A stretch of 64,000 bases of DNA from Bigelowiella natans CCMP2755 (taxonomy: Eukaryota > Protista > Cercozoa), in NCBI GenBank assembly GCA_000320545.1, contig ADNK01002290.1, forward strand, positions 124,001 through 188,000, read 5' to 3'. Made by a program: the position numbers and the translations under genes. Below, one piece after another: positions 1 to 19,076 of the stretch (its first letter is position 1; every line of letters starts with the position of its first letter). The notes below the pieces were generated by a model. That model was not told where the DNA came from and made no database searches. It saw only the letters and a program-made list of their open reading frames with translations.

Positions 1-813
1 GAAGAGGCCAAGCGTCGCAGCGAGGAGGATGGTTGGTGTCCTCCTGCATCTTTTCTGCTGCAGCTGCTGTGGCTCTTGTTCAAGTCTCCACCACTTGTAA
101 CGCTGTAGTACCTCGTCGCCACTCCAAGTGCAGCAATTAACCATATCCACACGCTCCTTCTCCTCCTCCTCCTCCCCCTCTCAACCATACTCATCAGACT
201 GATCTCACTCCAGCACCATGAATGCCTGATGATCCATTGTCATAATCCGAAGAGCTCTCGGTGCAGGCACAATATTGGAATAAAATATGCGGAAAACATC
301 TATAATGTGTTTGGAAATAGGACGGGGTATTACTCGTTAGCTAGTTTTTAAAACCACTCCAGATGTTTTTTAGGAAGAATAATGCTGGAGGTTTGACCTA
401 GAAACTATCATAATTGGTGGAGTTGTTGTGGTTATTGTAGTCATTGTTGTAGTTGATACATTGCAGCATGATTTGCCACAGGCGTGCGAGTCGCACCACT
501 CATAGATCTGTCCTTTTCTCCTTACGAGCAAACCAGGGCAAATATCGAATAAAATTACAATAAATCCCCTGTATTCCATAAAAAACTGGGGATCCCAGGG
601 ATTTGTACCGGGACTGGGCACCTGCATACCCTTAGCACACCGCTGTATCAAACGACAACCCCCCCGACGTGATAGATAGTAGACTCCAGATGAGAATCTT
701 AGAAGTGACATAATCAGCTACAAAAGGCGTTCATGTCAAATAGATGTACATCAGCATATCAGTGCTGAGCTACAAAAAGTAGTTGTCTTCTTCTGTCTCC
801 TTCCTTCCTTCCC

Positions 814-1854
814 ATGGCCAACAAATCACAGCAGCAGGAGCGACGGCAGCAGAAAAATCGATGGCGCATTCTCGGTTTCGACCCTGTAGCAGCATCGCTC
901 ATCAGCATCTTCACTCTGATAAATTTAAGTAGAGTCAGTATTCTCCTAGATGCAACTGTACTAAGTGCAGGCTGGGTGGCATTCATTTTAATCATGGCAG
1001 GGATTCATAGCATCATTGCATTAGGTAGGTGCTGCTGCTGCTGCTACTCATTCGTTCGTCGATTTTCAATACTTCCCTTGTTGATAACTTCGTCCTTACT
1101 TGCCTGCTTTATTATATACGTAAACCTATAGTTGTGTTAGTTGCCTTTAAGTGGATCACACATTCTGGTGGTTCTTCAGATCCAGAATTCTTTGTAAGAA
1201 TATGAATGAACCTCCACCTGTCTAGTTGGAACTTAAGTAAATTTATATCCCATTGCATACTTGAAATTATTATGCTAAGTTGCGATCGTTTGGTTGTAGA
1301 GATTAAATTTTTGTGAGAAGAGCAGCACGTTACTAATACTGCCACGCGCGATTGTTGCTTGGACAAATCAGTTCTTCGCAGTTTGTCGTCTGTCTCTACC
1401 AGTGTGCGTCCTACTTAATAATATAATCACGCTGCTACTGTTCCTTATTCAACTCAAATTGTTTTTGTTGTTCAATTGCCAACATCACCACCACCAATAA
1501 CCTTGTTGTGGCTGCCATTGTTGCATCCGCTCCACTCCCCTTGCTTCTTTCTCTCCTTCCTGTTATCACCTGCCGTAGGACGTATTCATCTGGATGCTCA
1601 CTAAAGTATTTATAGTTCTTCCTTTTCTCGCTCTGGTGAGTAGTAAGAAAGAGTGATGATGGACAACAAAACGATGATCAACAATGGATGTTAATTGTCA
1701 TGATCATTCTCTCTTCCTCCTTTATTCCTTAATATTGCAAAAGGGTGCAGAATTGGTTATCAGCTACGTGGCTGGTGGCTTCTCGCCTTTCTGGAGCGCA
1801 TGGAACTTCTTCCAAAGCAATATTCCTAACAATTGGATTATATTGATAAAGGTG

Positions 1855-1898
<44 letters not shown>

Positions 1899-2027
1899 AC
1901 TCTATCCACATAGTTTAGTGAGAAGCTGAGAAGAAGATGTGCTGCTACTGACATTAGGTTCTTGGAACTCTTTTCATTCTTCTCATCTCAAGATCAGGTG
2001 CCCAAAATTATAAAAGTGTTACATGTA

Positions 2028-2069
<42 letters not shown>

Positions 2070-3021
2070 CATATGCGATGGTGCACACGTGTAATTGCAT
2101 GCGTTTATTATTTCAATAATAATAGAATGTTCATACTCAAATACGCAGCAGCAATAATTATCTGTTTAAAATTCATGTTGGTATTTGTTCAAATGAATGG
2201 ACAGTTTTCTATGTTATGCGAACACACCATATGCACTGCAAAAAGTACTAGATGTACGAATATACACCTATCTACTGAAATAGTAAAAAAGTAACTTCAT
2301 TTGCGTAACTACTATCTCAGAAAAGCACGATCCTCTCAAAGCGGGAATAAAGTTAACAATAGCGACCATAATGCAGAAATTTAAATCTATTTTCATATCA
2401 TGGGCCAAGCTGGGAGAAAACTCTCCAAAATGCGCCAAATTTCCGGAGAATCGCCAGATCATTGTTGGAGACACTAAAAGAGTACTCGAGAATTTTCTTT
2501 CGAGCAACAGTCCTCAAGCAATTCTTTCAATAAGCGCGACAAACCTACGAAGACCCCGACGTATGAGTTTGTTTGCGTTAAAACCTAGTCCGTATTTAAA
2601 AATTTACGTGTCGTCATGCTCTAATACTATCTCGACCATTGCATCACAAGCGTGGAAACTAGTGACGACGACAGAAGTAATAAAATCATCTTCCAATCCA
2701 AAATGGTGCCTTCTTCATGTAAATCTGAACGATCTATGTCGTGGTAATCGATCAAATCCACTACTTTTTAAGTGTTTCCATACAAATAATTGCAAGACTC
2801 AGAGCAAAACTAATAACGATTTTTTGTTGGGTGAGTTTCGAACATCCATTGATGAACTGGAGAGTTTGCAGCCCGAAGCGGTGTTTAAACTTGTGAAATT
2901 GAAAGACTACAACCTCAATGCGAAGAGAAAGGATCGTGGTGCTGTGAAAATTGTCCTGGAAATTTACAAGGAAGAGGATGACGCTAACTCACCACCATTT
3001 GAAAACAAAAACGTAACTTAG
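814..3021 (+). CDS. Multi-exon membrane protein with C-terminal copine-type C2 domain (5' end uncertain, may start upstream)
   Basis: Last exon (~2321-3021) reads ILSISATNL...PSPYLKIY...WKLVTTTEVIKSSSNPKW...LNDLCRGNRSNPLLFKCF...LLGEFRTSIDEL, typical of the copine C2B domain. Upstream GT-AG-bounded + strand exons encode hydrophobic segments (814-1024 SAGWVAFILIMAG; ~1579-1635 DVFIWMLTKVFIVLPFLAL; ~1744-1851; ~1914-1997; ~2205-2244) and join in frame to the last exon. Confidence 0.65.
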
Positions 3022-3563
3022 CTTAATTCACTATGAATACACGTGCGTCAAGTTGCTTTTATTGGGCGCATTAAGATTATATTAGCGGAACTGATTAATG
3101 GACTTCGTTGCATGAGTTTGTCTATGTAAGACGGATGTAATTAATCAATTAAATTTGTTCAATAGTTATCCTCATGTAGCTATGCAAAGCAGCTGCCAAT
3201 GTGTCTCCAGAGATGTACGTATGTGCCTCTATTTTTAAAGTACAGTCAGCTTATTAATATTCAGCAGTAACCATGGTCAATGCATGTAGAATAAGGAGGG
3301 CAGAACGACTGTGCGTTGCGCGTGCTGCCGCGCAGTTACCAGATATAGCCGCCGCGGCGCATGAAGCAGCAATACGATATATAAGATAGCAAACTATTAA
3401 TTTGCCTGCATTTCGTAGCTTGGTCACGTAGCAAACTGTTGACCAATCACAACGCTGAACAACATGCACATGCCAGTGCGGCAATACTTAATATATTAAG
3501 TCGTCTAACGTAATGCAGGCTATATTGCTGCTTGAAATCGTCTTGTTTCCTACTTGATGTATG
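3022..3563. terminator. Convergent (tail-to-tail) interval with palindrome-rich tract
   Basis: Lies between two converging stop codons; enriched in TGCA/CATG/AGCT/GCGC. Terminator role is inferred from position only. Confidence 0.35.
3128..3192 (+). repeat. Dispersed ~65-bp repeat, copy 1 (convergent interval)
   Basis: AAGACGGATG...AAATTTGTTCAAT.GT.ATCCTCATGTAGCT.TGCAA matches 24433-24497. Confidence 0.8.
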
Positions 3564-9400
<5,837 letters not shown>

Positions 9401-9533
9401 TCCATATATATGTCAATTTTTTTAGGGGATATTTACCAGATATCAGGTTACTAGATTTCATTGTCACAACGTAAAAGCCTAGAAATCCATGAAATTTATT
9501 CATGAATTTCTGACTTTCGCAATGTCCCATGAG

Positions 9534-9620
9534 ACAACATCCACTATGAAAATCACTTCGGTGAAAAAACATAGCTGAGAAGTCCAAGAAGTCAACGCGA
9601 ACAGAATGACTAACTAGGGT
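9534..9620 (+). repeat. Dispersed ~90-bp repeat, copy 1 (divergent intergenic region upstream of eIF4E)
   Basis: ACAACATCCACTATGAAAATCACTTCGGTG...CGCGAACAGAATGACTAACTA closely matches 42795-42887. Confidence 0.85.
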
Positions 9621-10053
9621 AGTCAAGGATACGACTGATTTATCAGACTTAGACACTGTAGTCCTTTATTTTGGTGCACGTATAATTTTTACCCCAGAAA
9701 CATCCTCAAATTATGTGCTTCCTTCTAAAAAATCCCCGGCCCTTATTGAAGTCAGGAATTCTGCCGATATTCGCCTTTTCATACATTATTCCTTTGTCGC
9801 ACAAGATAAATATAGAGCCTTCTAATTTTTACACGATGCTGTGCAGTGTGATGTCGTACGATGACAATTTTTTGATCTATTTTGGATATGACTATGATTT
9901 TTGCATGACGTATAAGATAAATACTCGTATTAATGATGATTATTCTGTCTAGATGTATGCAATTAGCTCTGAAAAGGATACATCCGCAAAGACCGTGTGG
10001 GGGGAGGCCAAGTCCCATTCCACACAAAATTAAAAATCAAGATCTCGAGAACG

Positions 10054-10531
10054 ATGACTTCCAATGAAAAATCGCAACAAGATGCTGGGGTAAAGTAGAT
10101 GTAGATGGAAGATGCTCTATGCTTTGTTGCGCGAGGTTGCTCAGGAACAGAGAACTCAAATTGTGCATGTTTTATGTTACTAGGATAAAGAGCATCCCCT
10201 AAACTCCAAATGGATCCTGTACTTTCACTCAATGGAGGACACCAAGAATTGGGATTTAGATAGTTATGCGAAGGTCTGCCATGAACAAAACTTTTCTAAG
10301 CACGCTGTGATGCAATTAGCCGTGATGGCCTTCATATCATACTTGAAACATCGAAGCGTGATTTTGGCAGTGCGCATCCATGCAAATCATTATCACTAAC
10401 ATTTCAGGTATATGAAATCTCAACGGTGGAGACTTTCTGGCGCGTTTTTAACAGCATTAAAAGTGACGTTACTAAAGGACATTGGTGGGAAACGCAGACG
10501 CTTTCAAAACACAATTAATCAAGAAAAATAG

Positions 10532-10580
<49 letters not shown>

Positions 10581-10666
10581 GTATATTAAGAGAGAGAGAG
10601 AGAGAGAGAGAGGCTTTCAAAACACAACTAATCAAGAAAAATAGAGGGATATATGTGTATATATAT

Positions 10667-10728
<62 letters not shown>

Positions 10729-10736
10729 TTATGTTA

Positions 10737-10786
<50 letters not shown>

Positions 10787-11433
10787 GGGGTTGTTGGGGG
10801 TTGGAGGGAGGGGGCAATACAAAATCACAAATGTGGAGGAGGAAAGCAACATCTTACTCTCTGGATATATCAGGTTCTTGATGCGTGAGAACATTAAGCC
10901 TATGTGGGAAACTCGCGAAAACGAACACGGCGGGGCTTGGGTGGTATGAAAGATGACAATTTACAGTTTCGATATTTCTATCCGTAATTGCTTTTTCATT
11001 TCAGTTCGACGTCAAGGTAGGCAACGCTGAGAACGCATTCCTAGAAGCCTCGATGGCTGTAGTAGGGGAGGTAGATATTAAATTTCTGTAAAGAATCAAA
11101 ATAGTTTTCAAGTAAGAATTATCTACAGAAAATTTTGGCCGAACCCAAAGAATCCTGCTCTGAAGTTACTGGACTATCCATGACTATGCAAAAAGCAGGA
11201 ACAAGCAGAATTAAGATTTGGGTAAGTATCAAGCTGCTTTTCGCTAGTCAAGTGTGATCTCACTGTTGTATGTCACATAGAATCGGGATAAGAGCAAGAA
11301 TGATAAAAACAAACTCAACAAGGACATACCTCATCTGACAAAAGATGGAACCGAATGCTACTACAAGGCGCACAAAGGGGGGAAGAACTACAAAAAAGGG
11401 AGAGCAGGTGGACGGTCAGGTGGAAGAAGATAG
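10054..11433 (+). CDS. eIF4E: Eukaryotic translation initiation factor 4E family protein (7 exons)
   Basis: Spliced product MTSNEKSQQDAG-DKEHPLNSKWILYFHSMEDTKNWDLDSYAK-VYEISTVETFWRVFNS...GHW-FLMRENIKPMWETRENEHGGAWV-FDVKV...VVGE-...VTGLSMT...RIKIW-NRDK...YYKAH...GGRR*. HPL..W, TVE.FW, PMWE, GG.W and IW motifs are present, and all junctions are GT-AG and in frame. Confidence 0.93.
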
Positions 11434-12006
11434 AACTTAAGAAATGTACGCACTCCCTTCAAGCACATATTATCGCCCTCGCTCAATTTCGCAGAGAGAA
11501 AAGAAGCCAATTTACAATGCTAGCCACATGTAGACTGTGACGTCATCCATGCCTTTGAATGGTGCAGTACATCTAGACATGCACGTGCATGCGCACCATG
11601 GATAGATGAGCGTAGCGTATAGGCGTCTACGCATCACTACTAGACTAGATCACAGCAATGCTGTGTTGTTAGAGTGGTGTCTATGCCTAGATGCGGCTAA
11701 TATACTAATGCCTGTACGTATTGACTAGTGCTAGAGTGTGCTGATCTAATGATATGCTGGCGTGCGTATGTCTACTATGCATATGTGCTTAGCTAGCTAG
11801 ATGCACGTAGATGTCATACATAGGTCACACATTATGCCTAGCTAGCTAGCGTTGTGCATGGCGGAATGCTTGGCATGTTGAGTGTGCTAGCGCTAGCATC
11901 TGCATGATGAATCAAAGCGATCCAGGTCGCATAAATATACAAATAGTATAAGTACTCAATGACCTACCTATAATCATTGTAACTTTCTTCTTTTCCCTTT
12001 TCGGCT
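11434..12006. terminator. Convergent interval with GCTAGC/CATG/TGCA-rich tract
   Basis: e.g. ctagacatgcacgtgcatgcgc, agctagctagatgc, ctagctagctagc; between the eIF4E and transporter stops. Confidence 0.45.
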
Positions 12007-13713
12007 TTATCTGGGTGATGCAGACAGCAGCGGTCTCTTGTCAGAATCTTCCGCGCGAACGTTTTTCTCGAGTCTTGATTCCGAATTAACCGGGTCCTGC
12101 TCAACCATTACAGTCTTCATTTTTTTGAACTTCGTTCCATTTGGCGTAAGTGCTTCTCGACAGAGGATTTTTTCTCTTAAAGCCGCAACTGAGTACATCC
12201 CAAAACCAAAAATCGTGAGGATGACACCAAATCCCATTAACGTTGGAACCACAGTTCTGAAAATGATGATGGAGAGCCCTATCGTCATAGCCTTAATAAT
12301 AATATCGCACACAACTTTTGTTAAAGGAGTGTTAAACTTCAACACTAATTTCACTAGGTAAGCTCGTAGTCCACCGAAGAGACCTGAGATGATGAACATA
12401 ATGAAGAAAATCCAATATTTTCTTCGATGAATATTTTCTACACACAATTTACCGTTACTAAGCACTATGATCCAAGGAAAAGGGGCGGCCAAGTAATCCC
12501 AGTTCATCAAACCCTGAGTCTCACCCTTGATGTGAGCCCAAGGAACGAGCATCACCAGCATTACTGCGTCTAACCAGAATAAGAACGATACGATTCCCAT
12601 CTCGTTCTGTTATCATTCAACAATGGTCGACATCGATCTCATGTTGCAGAGAAAACATTTCACTACCTTCATCTTTACAAGATATTCGTGAGTTGTGATG
12701 GCTTTCAATGACCCACTAAAAATGGCTACCACCATGATTAGAATGCCTATTGGTGATGACTGATTCTCTCCTGAAATGACGGGAACGATTGCTTAGAATT
12801 TTTTTCCAGAGGAATAGATAATTTTACCTGAAGCCAGTGTTGTAATAGCTGACCCCGCCAACAACGGGATAAATGGTAAATACACGTAATAGGCACGTAT
12901 CTGGTTAATAATGTGGATGATCAACCATATATGGATCCGCTCCCGCTATATAGTTCACTCAACTATACCTTTTTGTAAAGAACAAGCTCAAAAAATATCA
13001 CTGCAGCGGGGGTTGCAGCATTCAGAGCCTGTTGCACAGATACCGATAGGTAATCCAGTCCTATCCAATTCAAAGTAATGATTAGGCACTACTGAATCAT
13101 CCCCGTTTTAACCTTTAGTTTTTAACCCATATTCATGCATGCCAAATCTATGCAGGTTAAAATAGCCACTGTCATGAAAGATCCATAGGATTGTCGAGGA
13201 ACTGGTCTCAATGGCGACCCTTAAGTAAAATCATGCATTATTTCATGAATGAAATATATATGTAATTTGAGCGACTACCGCATAGGAAGAAAGGGACGAG
13301 GGCAACCATAGTTACCACACAACTTATCTATTGAGTACAAAATGAGTAAATGATAACATGTAAACCGTATCGTAAAGATAATGACTGCATTACCGCACAT
13401 GCCATGATCGGGAAGTGAAAATCAAGCCCGGAAAACATTGCCTTCGTCCATATTGTTTTCGTTACTGCAACAATAACCTGACCAAAGATGCTATCAGACT
13501 GAAAATATCATGAATATTTTTTCGGAGACTACCAATCCAAGAACAGAAAGTACAGCTATGATTGTATTCGAGGACCACGATGCACAGTTCCTGCGGTTGA
13601 GTTCAAATAGTCAAAAAAAATCCTCCTCCTCAAAGAACAAATCCATTCTACCACAGCTTCAAATTAGGTTCACTCTGAAGAGAAACTGCCTTCCCAGCTG
13701 TTAGATCCGTCAT
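12007..13713 (-). CDS. Triose-phosphate/nucleotide-sugar transporter family (DMT/SLC35-like), multi-exon
   Basis: Many hydrophobic exons with family-like motifs TKAMFSGLDFHFP, LNWIGLDYLSVSVQQALNAATP and NTPLTKVVCDIIIKAMTIGLSIIIF...GFGMYS. ATG at 13713 splices in frame (…LKLW-NCASW…). Confidence 0.8.
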
Positions 13714-14504
13714 ACTTAAAAAGTATAATTCAATCTTCCAAGGTAGGGCACCGCCCTCACAAAACAGGGGGTGGAAGGAGAGGGAACCAGATTTAGAGAG
13801 CCTAACCTCCCTTAAGACATGGCGGCTCATAGGACATTGTAAATCACTTCTTGGTTACTAAATGCTAAAATACGATGTATAATGTACTTACGACATATGC
13901 ATATACAGCTTTTAATCGTAATTTAGCTACCCGTTAAACATTTACCGCCGCTTCTACGAACTGAAATAAGGTGATCATTTTTGAAATAAATTCCCTATTT
14001 ATCTGAGCAGATTCGAAAGGAAGGCATAACAGACATGTAGTAAGAAATACTGACGGAGCTTTCCATTTTATTATTCCCGAGAGTCTCCTCCCATCTCCTG
14101 TACAGAAAGGCGGAAATCACAATGCTACTACCGGGTACCAAAAATTAATTTTCGGAGAATTGCCTATGCAACGGTGGAAATTTTTATCTATTGCTATAGA
14201 GACTGCGACAATGATATATAGAAGTCTCGCTCACATAACTAAGGGCAATCTCGTGCGTGGTATTTGGCTTGGATTCTGGCATTTCACACAATGGGGGCCC
14301 ATAGGGCCGAGGGGGATAATCGGAAGGTGAATCTAATCTCATGAATTCTGTGGACATTGTATGCTTCATGCGATTAAATTTTGAATTAACGCATTCAAGG
14401 AAAGTGTTTTATTTTCTGCGAGTGAAATTCTGCAATTCTGCAATGTTTCAACGTAATTTGTGTGAATATGTCAGCGCCAAAGCCGAAGGAGGAGAAAGGA
14501 TTTC

Positions 14505-16736
14505 TTGATCCGCACCAAGTTAGGGTGGATATACAGGTGTGCAGCATTGGGATTCTTCAACGTAGTGGTCCTGTTGTCCGCGTGCATATGTGTTGCGGCT
14601 CTTGTGCATAGAAGGGAACGCAACATTGTTTCAGCACCAGCTGCTAATCATAGAGTCAGCAGGCTATTCGCCTCACGCCTCATACCAACTCGAGTAAGTC
14701 TGCGTGCGAAAAGCTTCGAGAAAAATGTTTATAATGGACAAGATAGTGAGAGATACGATGTTCGTGGAGCTGGGAGAGGTGGTATGAGAAGAGGGGCATT
14801 TGGACAGCAGCAGCAGCATCAGCAGCAACGGGGTGCGGGTATCAGGCCAGGGAGGCTTCCCATTAGTAGTAAATACACCTACAAGAAGAATAAGAAGAAA
14901 GAAGGACGTAATAATAAATATGATCTTCAAAACCAATCACAGCAGCATAAACAGCAGCTAGGAAATGGTAATTGGCAGCGACAGAAGAGGAAGGGAGGGA
15001 AAAATAATAATAATAACAATAATAGCAGCAATAGAACTCCTCTGAGTGAACTGCCTCCACACGACCTACTCAAGATCCACACCGCTCAGATAAAGAAAGC
15101 CAAGAGTAGAGGTGAATGGCAACACGCTCTCCGTGCATACGAATGGCTTCTTAGCTGGGGCGTTAGCCCGGATAAGTTCGTTTACAATGCATTGATGACA
15201 GCTTTGGCCAACACAAATCCAAATAGAGCCCTTGGGATATACAACGAGATGGTGGAAGCATCCTTTACCCCGGATGCGACGAGCGCTAATGCAATTATTG
15301 CCGCCAAGGGCCGGTTAGGGCAATGGCAGTCTGCCTTGCAATTCTTTCGTCAATTCCTAGCCAAAGAGAGTGCGGAAATCAACCCGTTATCAGGGACTTT
15401 TGAAGGCGTTCGAGACTACAATGATTTTTCCGCATCGCCTCTAGAAGTGTTATACAATACCATCATCACTGCTTGCGGCCTGTCTGCAAAGTGGAGGCAA
15501 GCGACATCTTTGTTTCAAGAGCTCCAAGACATAGGTGGAACAATATCTGTTGTCTCTTACGGGGCGCTGTTAATATCTTACGAGAAAGCGCGGAAATGGA
15601 GAAAGGCAATCGAGATAATGAAGAATATGGAAGAGAAGGAGGGCATTATTCCGAATACTATTATCTACAATACAGTGATATTTGCGTGCGCCAGTTCGGG
15701 TGCTTGGCAAACATCCTTTGATGTTTATCGAACAATGCGGTCTAAGGGACTATCAACGGATGTTACTTATCTTGCTATGGTTCAAGGCGCAACAGAAGCG
15801 GGGGGGTGGCAGCAAGCCCTAAGTCAGCATTATTTCGATTTCAATGAGAGTGGAAGAAAGTCTTTGTAGTGCCAATACTCCTCCTCCTCCTCCTCCTCCT
15901 CCTCCTGCTACTACTACTACTACCACTACCACTACTACTATACTACGTATATTCTCATCCTGGTCATTATTCGTCACCACTGAAACGCCACAGAGAACAT
16001 GGAGCAAATTAGGGACAGCCGTTCACACACACACGCACATGAAAAACTGATTCTCCAAAATTTGAACATCAAGAAGCTTGTGTGTTTATTATGTGAATAA
16101 TCAACGTTAATATTATTACACTGTTATTTTTTTAAACATCAGGAATTGCTGACCACATGAGAGAAGATGGTATTAGGCCCAAGATAGAGATTTACAACGC
16201 AATTATGAATTCATGTGTGCAGACTGGAGACTGGTTCAGAGCACTTCAGATGCTAGAAATGATGGAAGAAGAAGCAGCAGCAGCAGCTCAAGAAGATGGT
16301 GTTACCACTAAAATTGTTGATGGAAGTGATAGTAGCGCGAATATTGTAAAGAAGGCGGAAGAAGGAGGTGATAACGTTCAAGCCGACGTTATCACGTACA
16401 ACACTGGACTGAACGCATGCGTATACATCAAGGATTGGAAACAAGCTGTTGATATATTCAACAGGATGGAAACAAGGCAAGTGAAACCAGACCTTGTGTC
16501 ATACAATACGCTCATGAAAGTCTTAGGTGACTCCAGCAAGCCTATTGCAGCTGAGGAGATTTTTAGGCAGCTACAAGACAGCGAGGAGCTAACTCCGGAC
16601 ATAATATCGTATAACACCCTTATTAAAGCATATGGAGATGCTGGAGACTGGGTGTCTGCGTTGGATTTATACAGAGGGCTGAGAGATAGTAATAGTAATG
16701 ATGATAATGATTATAATGATAACAGAAGAGGTGGCG

Positions 16737-16774
<38 letters not shown>

Positions 16775-18123
16775 CGTCGTAGCAGCAGCAGGAGCAAACA
16801 TAGTGTAATTGTCCCAGACTCCTTTACATATAACCAGCTGCTACAGCTTCTTGACTACGCATGCCAGCCAGATCCTGCATTAGAAGTCGCATCCGACATG
16901 GCACGCTCTGATGTGGAGCCTGACGGTTTTACCCTTTCCATTTTGGCCGCAGCGAGGTCCTTTGACACGTCGGTCATTGCAAAGGTTATCAGGGTGGATC
17001 CTGACGCATTCGAGTTCAAGGACCTGTACAATTACGTGGAAAAGATGATCACGAATCCAGACATGACGCACACAAAAACCTTACAAAACCCTCAGATCTT
17101 ATTTAATGCGCTCATTGGGGCTACGAGGAAGGACTGGGAAACCGCACGGTCTGTGATGGAAGATATGACAAAGTACAGCGTTAGCCCTGATGCTGTTACA
17201 TTCGATGCCTTGATAAACGTATATGTCCGGGCTGGACAATGGGCCAAGGCGCGGAAGGTTCTGCGAGAAATGCAGGCGATAAACGTGACTCCGAACGCAC
17301 TGACATTTTCTAACGTCATAAATGCATGCGTCTCACGGGGCCAATGGGCGAGAACCCTCAAAGAATTAGAGAGATCCCGGGGAGCATACCGATTCAACTT
17401 TCTCGCATATAACGTATTGATGGCAGCTTACTCGAATGCTGGTATGTTGGACGACGCTATTGAGATCTACGAAAAGATGGTTGAAGTCACTGCGCCCGTC
17501 AACGTAGTCGCATATGCTGCGTTTTTACGCGGTTGCGGGCGCATGTCGCAGTGGGAGGACGCGATCACTATTATGCATCATATGCGAGAAAGCTCAATCA
17601 AACCAAGCCCCTTCATTCAAAACCAATTGGTTCTTGGTAAGTTTGTTCCCTACTAAAACGTGCTAATGCGTAACCACACCTACTACTACTACTACTACTA
17701 TACTACTACTAATACGAATACTAATACTATACTAATACGATGCCTCACAAACAGTAGAACGTAGAAGGCCTGCATTACAAAGGATGTACTACAGCTTTAA
17801 GAATCTAAATATACATTTACTTACATAACAAAGGTATGGTTTATGACGGGGCTCTTCCAGAGGCAATGGAGGTTTTGGATCTTATGCGCCAAGAAAGCGC
17901 TCCAGTTTCTCCTCAAACTTTTCAAAGTGTTGCGCTACAATTGAGAGGCCTCTGTTTACTGCATAACATCGACAGCATCTCAGGAGTCGCTGAAGAGCAA
18001 GACTTGGAACCCCTTACGAACACCAGACCAGCAACATATGTAGAGGCACTCAGTAAGAAGTTGCAGGCTCGAGATATCTCAGAGGATCAGTGTGCTGACA
18101 TGGCTTCGGTATTTGAGAATTAG
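14505..18123 (+). CDS. Pentatricopeptide repeat (PPR) protein with putative bipartite organelle-targeting leader (3 exons)
   Basis: Numerous PPR motifs (PDKFVYNALMTA, PNTIIYNTVIFAC, PDLVSYNTLMKVL, PDIISYNTLIKAY, PDAVTFDALINVY). Introns ~15823-16142 and ~17637-17833 join in frame. The N-terminus has a hydrophobic stretch followed by an R/S-rich segment. Start codon unresolved. Confidence 0.92.
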
Positions 18124-19076
18124 AACCATCATGATTTTTATCGTTTGTGTTCTACTGGCGATGTTTTTGATGTACTTGTAAAATTTAACCTTCTCCTCCT
18201 CAAATAATTTAGCTACTGGAAGAGATCAGCCTAGATAACCCTTGCGTAGCTCCACAGGATGATGATCTTGAGATTTGGGGCGGAGAAATTGAGTATGTTA
18301 AACAACCACCAATGATACTCACGTTTATTTTACATTAACGGCATGCAATTACACAAAATTGTGTACATGATGCAACGGTGCCGAACTAAACGTTTCGTTT
18401 CCAATCAAACTTTCAGGCAAGAGGACGTTTTACTTGAAGAAGAGGAAGATGAAATAAGTAATTTTGTTCGGTTTGTGAAGGCTGGTTTGCAATAGAGATG
18501 TGATTGACACGTAGATTTAAGCGAGTGAATCAAGATTGTCTCAGAAACATCAAACGACGATGTCTCAACGCACCAATCTAGCAATGCCTGCATGCTAGCA
18601 TGTGCTACTGCTGCAGTAGCACACTGCCATCATTGCATCCCTCAATGCTGTCACATCGCCTCATGCAGGACGTCTTTGAACATGCGCTAGCTAGCATGCG
18701 TCGCACCATTGGCGACGATCGCGCTGATTTTGCTGTCATCACTTGCACATCACACAATCATTGGCTAGCTAGTTGGCATCGCATCGCACTCGTAGCTGCA
18801 CTGCTGCTGTGGCGCTATCCATATCTAGCCATGCTATGCTTGCTAGCATGGCTAGTGTGAATATAATGTAGTCTGTTTAGCAGCGCTATTGTCTAGCTAG
18901 CTAGCTGTGGCGCTACCCATGCTAGCATTCGGCCTTTTGCTATAGCTAGACGAATGCGGATGCGACGTTGTTTCGTTGTTTGCACATGTTTATGCATGAG
19001 AGATGGACAGATTGCGTTTCACGTGATTATCGTGGACTCATCCCACTGGTCTAGACTACAATGCAGTAAATCGTAC
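18124..19076. terminator. Convergent interval with GCTAGC-rich tract (core ~18570-19000)
   Basis: gcatgctagcatg, gctagctagcatgc, ctagctagctagctg; between the PPR and catalase-like stops. Confidence 0.45.

Noticed and set aside
370-1366. Minus-strand gene from ORFs 370-711, 759-995 and 1112-1366
   Set aside because: Splice signals and coherent hydrophobic exons lie on the + strand from 814; bases 1-813 could not be resolved either way.
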